The notes under the pieces: model-generated
What the model was told of the DNA's origin: nothing
The model's database searches: none
Seen by the model: the letters and a program-made list of their open reading frames with translations, nothing else
Shown here: piece by piece, positions 58,055-64,000 of the stretch
Layout: each line of letters starts with the position of its first letter
Numbering within the stretch: position 1 is the stretch's first letter
Program-made: the position numbers and the translations under genes
Source: an uncultured Gemmatimonadales bacterium
GTDB taxonomy: Bacteria; Gemmatimonadota; Gemmatimonadetes; Longimicrobiales; Longimicrobiaceae
Direction of reading: 5' to 3'
DNA: 64,000 nt
Assembly (NCBI GenBank): GCA_963716255.1
Contig: OY970303.1
Span: forward strand, 1,472,001 to 1,536,000

Positions 58055-59290
58055 CTACGAAAGCGTATCGGAAACCACGGTCTCGAACAGACGGCGGCGG
58101 AGCTGCTGCATGTCCACCTCGTGGCGGGGAAGGTAGGTGCGGTTGGCGAGCAGGACCACCCACGTGCGCGACACCGGGTCCACCCACAGCGACGTGCCCG
58201 TGACGCCGGTGTGGCCGAAGCCGTAGACCTGGCGGCACGGCTCGCGGTCGGGGACCACGCCCTCGCGGCAGTACACTTCCCACCCCAGGGCCCGCGTCCC
58301 CGCCCCGGGCTGCGGGGTGGTGAAGGCGCGCACGGTGCGCCGCCGGAAGACGCGCGCGCTCCCCAGCCGCCCGTCGTTTGCGATCATGGCGGCGAAGCGG
58401 GCCAGGTCGCGCGCCGTGGAAAAGGCCCCGGCGTTGCCGGCGACGCCGTCCAGCCGGCGGGCCACCTCGTCGTACGAGCCGCCCGCGTAGGGCGTGTCGC
58501 GCTCCTCCAGGTGCATGGTGGGGGCGCAGCGGGCGCACCCCACGGCGACGCCCACCCCGGTGGACTCCATCCCCAGCGGTCCCCACACGCGGCGGCGCAG
58601 GTAGCGCGGCAGCGGCTCCCCGGCGGCGCGCTCGGCGGCGAGCCACAGCACCACGAAGCCCAGGTCGGAGTACAGCACGTCCTCCCCCGGCTCCAGCGTC
58701 AGCGGCAGGTCCAGCAGGAAGCGCCGGGTCGCGGCGGGCGTCGCACCCTCGATCTCCACCGCCCCGGCGCGCGCTCCGGAGGTGTGCGTGAGGAGCTGGC
58801 GCACCGTCACGCGGTCCTTGCCCTCACCGCGCCACCCGGGGAGGTAGCGGCGCACCGGGGCGTCCACGTCCATCCTCCCGTCCTCCACCAGCGCCATCAC
58901 CGCCGCCGTGGTGGCGACCACCTTGGTGAGCGAGGCCAGGTCGTACAGCGTCCGGTCCGGGTCCACGGGCGCCGCCGCCGTGTCCCACCCCACCCGCCCG
59001 AAGCCCTCCACCGTCTGCACCAGCTCGCGGTTCCCCACCGCCAGCGCCGCCCCGGGAAAGGCCTCCCCCCGCACCCGGCCGCGCACCAGCCCCTCCGCGG
59101 CCGCCAGGGCGGCGGGCGGAACCGGGGCGGCCGCGGGGGTGAGGAAGCGGTCCACCACCTCCACCGGGCCGGCGCCCACGTCCGGGCCGGGGCCGGGGTC
59201 GCTGCACCCGGCGAGCGCGGCGGCCAGCACCGCGGCGGCGAGCGTGGGGGCGGCCGTCCGCCGGGGGCGGCACGGGGGCGTGCGGGGCAT
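58055..59290 (-). CDS. Beta-lactamase-family serine hydrolase lipoprotein
   Basis: Lipobox LAGC; ASLTK, LLTHTSG, YSDLGF, GHTGVTG. Confidence 0.9.
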   Translation of the reverse strand: MPRTPPCRPRRTAAPTLAAAVLAAALAGCSDPGPGPDVGAGPVEVVDRFLTPAAAPVPPAALAAAEGLVRGRVRGEAFPGAALAVGNRELVQTVEGFGRVGWDTAAAPVDPDRTLYDLASLTKVVATTAAVMALVEDGRMDVDAPVRRYLPGWRGEGKDRVTVRQLLTHTSGARAGAVEIEGATPAATRRFLLDLPLTLEPGEDVLYSDLGFVVLWLAAERAAGEPLPRYLRRRVWGPLGMESTGVGVAVGCARCAPTMHLEERDTPYAGGSYDEVARRLDGVAGNAGAFSTARDLARFAAMIANDGRLGSARVFRRRTVRAFTTPQPGAGTRALGWEVYCREGVVPDREPCRQVYGFGHTGVTGTSLWVDPVSRTWVVLLANRTYLPRHEVDMQQLRRRLFETVVSDTLS

Positions 59291-59946
59291 GGGCCTCGGG
59301 GTCCGGGAGCGGGGCGCGGTCGGGACGGCGGCGGGGCATGCAGGGAGCTTGCCGCGGCCGCGGGTCGCCGGACTACGCGGCGCGCGACCCGCCGGGTTTC
59401 GCGGCGGCGCGGCTCCATCCGCCGCAGGCAAACCGTCCGGGGTAGTTGCGCTCGGGCGAACGATTCTTTATCGTAGCTGGTAGAACACGCACACTTAGCG
59501 ACACCACACCCTCAGATGGTCGTCGAGCCGCGGGTTCTTTCCCCACGGCCGGGTCCCCCGACAGGAAATTTCGTCGCGAGCACCCGTCGTCCGCGGGTGG
59601 CCCCATGCAGCAGTCTCCCGGGAGCGCCGAGCCCAGGAACCGTCCCGGCCGCCGGTCGCCATGGCGCCGCGCAGGACGCTCCAGCCGGTGATCCGCCGCT
59701 CCGCGCCCTCGCGGACGTGGATCGCGGCCGAGGCCGGAGACGCCGCAGCCATCCGCACCGCGGAACCGGCGCCGACCCGCGAATTCCCTTTCCGCTCTGC
59801 GGCAGGCCGATCCGGCGGGTCGCCCGGGCCGTGCGACGCGGACCGGGACCGCCGCATGCTCGCCTCCCGCGCGCCTGAACCCTCGTAGCACCACCCGCGG
59901 CACGCCCGCCTCACCGGAAGCCCCTCACCCATCGAGAGAGGAAAAG

Positions 59947-61392
59947 ATGGAACGCACGACACAGGTGTTGGTTGTTGGAGGTGGCCCCGCCGGGTCCACT
60001 GCGGCCACGCTGCTGGCGCGGGAGGGCTTCCAGGTCACCCTGATCGAGCGGGAGATCTTTCCCCGCTACCACATCGGCGAGTCGCTCCTGGTGGCGCTCA
60101 ACCACGTGTTCGACTACCTGGGTCTGCGCGAGAAGATGGAAGCCCACGGCTTCCAGAAGAAGACCGGGGCCTTCTTCGAATGGGGCACCGAGCGCTGGCT
60201 GTTCGACTGGAGCAAGCTGCCCGGCGCCTACCGCTCCTCCTTCCAGGTCAAGCGGTCCGAGTTCGACCAGCTCCTCCTGGAGCACGCCAAGAGCCAGGGA
60301 GTGCAGGTGTACGAGGGAACCGCCGTGCGCACCCTCTCGTTCGAGGGGGACCGGCCCGTGAGCGCGAGCTGGCAGGTCGTGGGCGGGAGCGATGCCGGCG
60401 AGATCGCGTTCGACTACCTGGTGGACGCCTCCGGCCGGTCCGGGATCATGGCGAACCGCTACCTGCGCTCGCGCCGCCACAACGAGGCGTTCCGGAACAT
60501 CGCGGTGTGGGGCTACTGGCGGGGTGTCAAGCAGCCGGAAGTGGGTCTCACCGGGCCCATCCTGGTGGGCTCCCTCCCGGAAGGGTGGACGTGGACCATC
60601 CCGCTGCACGACGGCACCACCAGCGTGGGGCTCGTGGTGCACGAGGACTGGCTCAAGGAGCGGCGCGCCACGGCCTCGATCATGGACATCTACCTGGACG
60701 GGATCGCGCGCTCGCGGCTGGCCAGCGAAGCGGTCGCCGGCGCGGAGATGGAATCCGAGCTGCGCACGGAGGGCGACTACTCCTACCTGTCCGAAGTCCT
60801 CTCCGGACCCGGGTACTTCCTCTCGGGGGACAGCGCCGCGTTCCTGGACCCGCTCCTGTCTTCCGGGGTGCACCTCGCCACGTACAGCGGGATGCTGGCC
60901 GCCGCCGCCCTGTCGAGCATCATGCGCGGGGAGATCACGGAGGACGAAGCCTCGGCGTTCTACTCCACGTGCTACCGGGAGCACTACCTGCGCTGGATGC
61001 TCATCGTCTCCTCGTTCTACGACCAGAACGCGGGCAAGGAGTCGTACTTCTGGGAGGCGCAGCGGCTGAGCACGGGCGACCTCAACGCGAGCGACGCCAA
61101 GCTGGCGTTCACCAACGTGGTGGCGGGGATCGAGGACCTCAAGGAGGCGCGCCAGACCAACCTGCTGGCGGAGATCTCCACGCGCATGCGCGAGAACCTG
61201 GGCCACAAGGCCGAGGACGGCGGGGACGGGATCGTGGGCACGCCCTTCTCCGACCTGATCAACGAGGAAGACCTCAAGGGGCTCCCGGAGGCGCTGGGCT
61301 TCCGCGTCGTCACCGAGCCGCGGCTGGGGATCAGGCGCGTCGCCGAGCCGGCACGGGCGGAGCCCATCACGGCGGAGCCCGTCATGGCGTGA
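59947..61392 (+). CDS. Flavin-dependent halogenase (carrier-protein/phenol type)
   Basis: GGGPAG, FPRYHIGESL, conserved Lys in FQKKTG, WTWTIP, GDSAAFLDPLLSSGVHLA; GAGG RBS. Confidence 0.88.
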   Translation: MERTTQVLVVGGGPAGSTAATLLAREGFQVTLIEREIFPRYHIGESLLVALNHVFDYLGLREKMEAHGFQKKTGAFFEWGTERWLFDWSKLPGAYRSSFQVKRSEFDQLLLEHAKSQGVQVYEGTAVRTLSFEGDRPVSASWQVVGGSDAGEIAFDYLVDASGRSGIMANRYLRSRRHNEAFRNIAVWGYWRGVKQPEVGLTGPILVGSLPEGWTWTIPLHDGTTSVGLVVHEDWLKERRATASIMDIYLDGIARSRLASEAVAGAEMESELRTEGDYSYLSEVLSGPGYFLSGDSAAFLDPLLSSGVHLATYSGMLAAAALSSIMRGEITEDEASAFYSTCYREHYLRWMLIVSSFYDQNAGKESYFWEAQRLSTGDLNASDAKLAFTNVVAGIEDLKEARQTNLLAEISTRMRENLGHKAEDGGDGIVGTPFSDLINEEDLKGLPEALGFRVVTEPRLGIRRVAEPARAEPITAEPVMA

Positions 61393-61410
61393 TGGCCGGT
61401 TCTTGACGGC

Positions 61411-61547
61411 GGGTTCGGGCGTGCCCCCGGCTGGCGCCGGGGTCGGGCTTCGGCTCCGTAAGCCCGCAAACAACGCGGGCTAACGGAGTCGAGCCCCCGC
61501 GAAACTGCCCGCGGGGTCTCGCCCCTTCGGGCCGTAATCCCTCACGC
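61411..61547 (+). repeat. Structured repeat family A, copy 12
   Basis: One substitution relative to copy 2. Confidence 0.95.
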
Positions 61548-61548
61548 A

Positions 61549-61584
61549 GAACGGCAGAGGACACCCCGGTGTCCTCTGCCGTTC
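61549..61584. terminator. Stem-loop between the convergent halogenase and NRPS genes
   Basis: gaacggcagaggacacc-cc-ggtgtcctctgccgttc. Confidence 0.5.
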
Positions 61585-61636
61585 CGCATTCCGGCAGGTC
61601 CGTGCGTGGGGCGCCGGAGGACTGCGCCCCACGCCG

Positions 61637-64000
61637 TCATCCCCGCGGGCGCTCCCTCAGCCTGCGCCGCGACGAGCGGTCCACCGGCACGACCCTCGGC
61701 AACACCAGGATCCCCGGCGTCTCCGGCGCCTCCGCCTGGCGCAGCGCCTCCACCCGCTCGGCGAGCTCCGCCACGCCGGGCGCCTCGAAGAGCGCGCGCA
61801 CCGTGAGCTCCACGCCCAGCGCGTCGCGCACCCGCGAGATCACGCGCACGGCCAGCAGCGAGTGGCCGCCCAGCTCGAAGAAGCTCTGCTGCGCCCCCAC
61901 CCGCTCCACCCGCAGCACCTCGGCGTAGATCCCGGCCAGCAGCTCCTCGGTCGCGGTGCGCGGCGCCACGTACCCCGCCTCCGGCGACGCCTGCTCGGGC
62001 GCGGGGAGCGCCCGCCGCGCCACCTTGCCGCTGGGGGTGAGCGGGAGCTTGTCCATCGCCACGAACGCGCCGGGCACCATGTAGTCCGGCAGGCGCTCCC
62101 GGAGGTGCGCCTTGAGCGCGGCGGGGTCGGCCGCGGCGCCGGGCTGCGGCACCACGTAGGCCACCAGGCGCAGGTCTCCCGGCACGTCCTCCCGCGCCAC
62201 CACCACCGCCTCGCGCACCGCCGGGTGCGCCGCGAGCGTGGCCTCCACCTCGCCCGGCTCGATGCGGAAGCCGCGCACCTTGACCTGCGCGTCCAGGCGG
62301 CCCAGGTACTCCAGCACGCCGTCCGCGCGCCAGCGCGCCCGGTCGCCCGAGCGGTACATCCGCGCACCCGCCTCCGCCGAGAACGGGTCGGGGACGAAGG
62401 TGGCGGCCGTCAGCTCCGGCCGGCCCAGGTAGCCGCGCGTCACCCCGGAGCCGGCGACGAACAGCTCGCCCGGCACGCCCACGGGCTGCGGGCGGAGCCC
62501 GTCGTCCAGCACCAGGATGCGCGTGTTCGCGACCGGCCGGCCGATGGGGATGGTCCCCTCCCCCGGCGCGACGGGGTGCGCGGTGCACCAGACCGTCGTT
62601 TCCGTGGGCCCGTACAGGTTCACCAGGCCGCCCGGGACCACGGCGTCGATCTGCGCGGCAAGGGCGGGCGGCATGGGCTCGGCGCCCATGAACACGCGCT
62701 CCAGCCCGGCCAGCGACTCCGCGCCGGACTGGGCGATCATCATCGCCGCCAGCGATGGCGTGCACTGCAGGTGCGTGACCCCGTGGCGGCGGATCCAGCG
62801 CGCCGGCGCCGCGTCCTCGCGCGTCACCTCCAGGCCGGGGTGCAGCACCACCCGCCAGCCGCGCGCCAGCGTCCAGAGCAGCTCCAGGACGTGGATGTCG
62901 AAGGAGATGCGCGTCACCGCCAGCCACGTCCCGGGGCTCGTCCCCCCCACGACCCCGTCCATGGCGGCGAAGAAGCCCGCCACGCCGGCGTGCGTCACCT
63001 GCACGCCCTTGGGGCGGCCGGTGGAGCCGGAAGTGTAGATGACGTAGGCCAGGTTCAGTGGGGCGACCTCGGTGTGCGGGGCCCCATCCGGCTCGGCCGC
63101 GGTCGATTCCGTGCTGCCGCCGGCGTCCACCAGCACGGCCGGCACGCCGTCCGCGGGGAGCAGCCCGCCCAGCGACGCCTGCGTCACCAGCAGCCGCGCG
63201 CCGGAGTCGGCCAGCATGTACGCCAGGCGGTCGGCGGGGTACCCGGGGTCCAGGGGAAGGTACGCCGCGCCCGCCTCCAGCACGGCCAGCATCGCCACCA
63301 CCATCCCCGCCGAGCGCTCCAGGCAGATCCCCACCAGCACGTCCGGCCCGGCACCCGACGCCGCGAGGCGGCGGGCCAGCCGGCCGGCCCGCGCCAGCAG
63401 CTCGCGGTAGGTGATCTCCTCCTCCCCGGCGACCAGCGCCACGGCGTCCGGCGTCCGCTCCGCCTGCGACCGGACGAGCTGGTGGATGCAGAGGTCCGCC
63501 GGGTACTCCGCCGCCGTCCGGTTCCACTCCTCCACCACCGTGCGGCGCTCCGCCTCGCCCAGCAGCTCCACATCGGAAAGGCGTACGTCCGCGTCGGCGG
63601 CGGCCTGCTCCAGCACCCGCCCCAGGTGGTCCGCCATGCGCCGGGCGGTGCCCTCCTCGAACAGGTCGGTGGCATACTCCAGCGTCCCGGCCATGCCGCC
63701 CGGGCGGGCCGTGAGCGCCAGGGTGAGGTCGAACTGCGCGGTCTCCGGCTCGGGGGCCACCCCCCGCGCCGCTTCGCCGCCGGCCTCGTCCAGCTGGAAC
63801 GACACCTGGAAGAGCGCTGCGTGGCTCAGGCTGCGGCGGGGCTGCACCTCCGCCACGATCCGCTCGAACGGCACGTCCTGGTGCTGGTACGCGCCCAGCG
63901 CGGCCTCGCGCGCGCGGCGCACGGTCTCGCGGAAGGTGGGGTCGCCGTCCAGGTCGACCCTCAGCACCAGGGTGTTCACGAACAGGCCGATCATCCCCTC
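61637..64000 (-). CDS. NRPS 3' end: partial C-A(Gly-like)-PCP; 5' part lies outside the window
   Basis: IGLFVNTL, YTSGSTGRPKG, YRSGD, GGHSLL; hand-read code DILQFGLVW; no thioesterase. Confidence 0.92.
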   Translation of the reverse strand, partial: EGMIGLFVNTLVLRVDLDGDPTFRETVRRAREAALGAYQHQDVPFERIVAEVQPRRSLSHAALFQVSFQLDEAGGEAARGVAPEPETAQFDLTLALTARPGGMAGTLEYATDLFEEGTARRMADHLGRVLEQAAADADVRLSDVELLGEAERRTVVEEWNRTAAEYPADLCIHQLVRSQAERTPDAVALVAGEEEITYRELLARAGRLARRLAASGAGPDVLVGICLERSAGMVVAMLAVLEAGAAYLPLDPGYPADRLAYMLADSGARLLVTQASLGGLLPADGVPAVLVDAGGSTESTAAEPDGAPHTEVAPLNLAYVIYTSGSTGRPKGVQVTHAGVAGFFAAMDGVVGGTSPGTWLAVTRISFDIHVLELLWTLARGWRVVLHPGLEVTREDAAPARWIRRHGVTHLQCTPSLAAMMIAQSGAESLAGLERVFMGAEPMPPALAAQIDAVVPGGLVNLYGPTETTVWCTAHPVAPGEGTIPIGRPVANTRILVLDDGLRPQPVGVPGELFVAGSGVTRGYLGRPELTAATFVPDPFSAEAGARMYRSGDRARWRADGVLEYLGRLDAQVKVRGFRIEPGEVEATLAAHPAVREAVVVAREDVPGDLRLVAYVVPQPGAAADPAALKAHLRERLPDYMVPGAFVAMDKLPLTPSGKVARRALPAPEQASPEAGYVAPRTATEELLAGIYAEVLRVERVGAQQSFFELGGHSLLAVRVISRVRDALGVELTVRALFEAPGVAELAERVEALRQAEAPETPGILVLPRVVPVDRSSRRRLRERPRG

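Noticed and set aside
59432..59946. Long intergenic stretch before the halogenase as an ncRNA or small gene
   Set aside because: No known riboswitch motif, repeat or convincing ORF that I could support
61637..61740. Second NRPS tail as the docking partner of the first NRPS
   Set aside because: The tail is basic and linker-like, whereas partners of TubC_N-type domains are, as I recall, short acidic motifs; nothing in the window supports the pairing

Overview
Very GC-rich bacterial chromosomal window; the gene style suggests Gemmatimonadota (Longimicrobium-like), which is an inference. In order it holds: an outer-membrane protein end and a DUF4390-like gene; a five-gene sulfur-transfer operon (two rhodaneses, a YeeE/YedE pair, a Moco-sulfurase-like class V aminotransferase); a lower-GC island (membrane protein plus secreted TPR protein) split by an intact IS1380-family element with 17-bp TIRs and a 5-bp TSD; a two-component system; a Kef/CPA2 antiporter fused to a UBP zinc finger; a stand-alone two-module NRPS followed by a Xre/RES toxin-antitoxin pair; gcvP and gcvH separated by an insert carrying an unlisted 52-aa lanthipeptide-precursor-like ORF and an ABC ATPase + DUF4276 pair; a lipoate ligase; an Opp/Dpp ABC system with two binding proteins; two S8 proteases; a flavin amine oxidase; an MFS; several peptidases; a flavin-dependent halogenase; and the 3' end of a second NRPS. 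The most striking non-coding signal is a modular family of dispersed structured repeats: 12 copies of a ~135-nt element, two copies of a divergent subfamily, and a tandem trimer of one hairpin module. Their stems change by compensatory substitution while loops and a C.T mismatch are conserved. A companion palindromic element has inserted in frame into an NRPS adenylation domain. All coordinates and motif reads were done by eye; no database searches were run.
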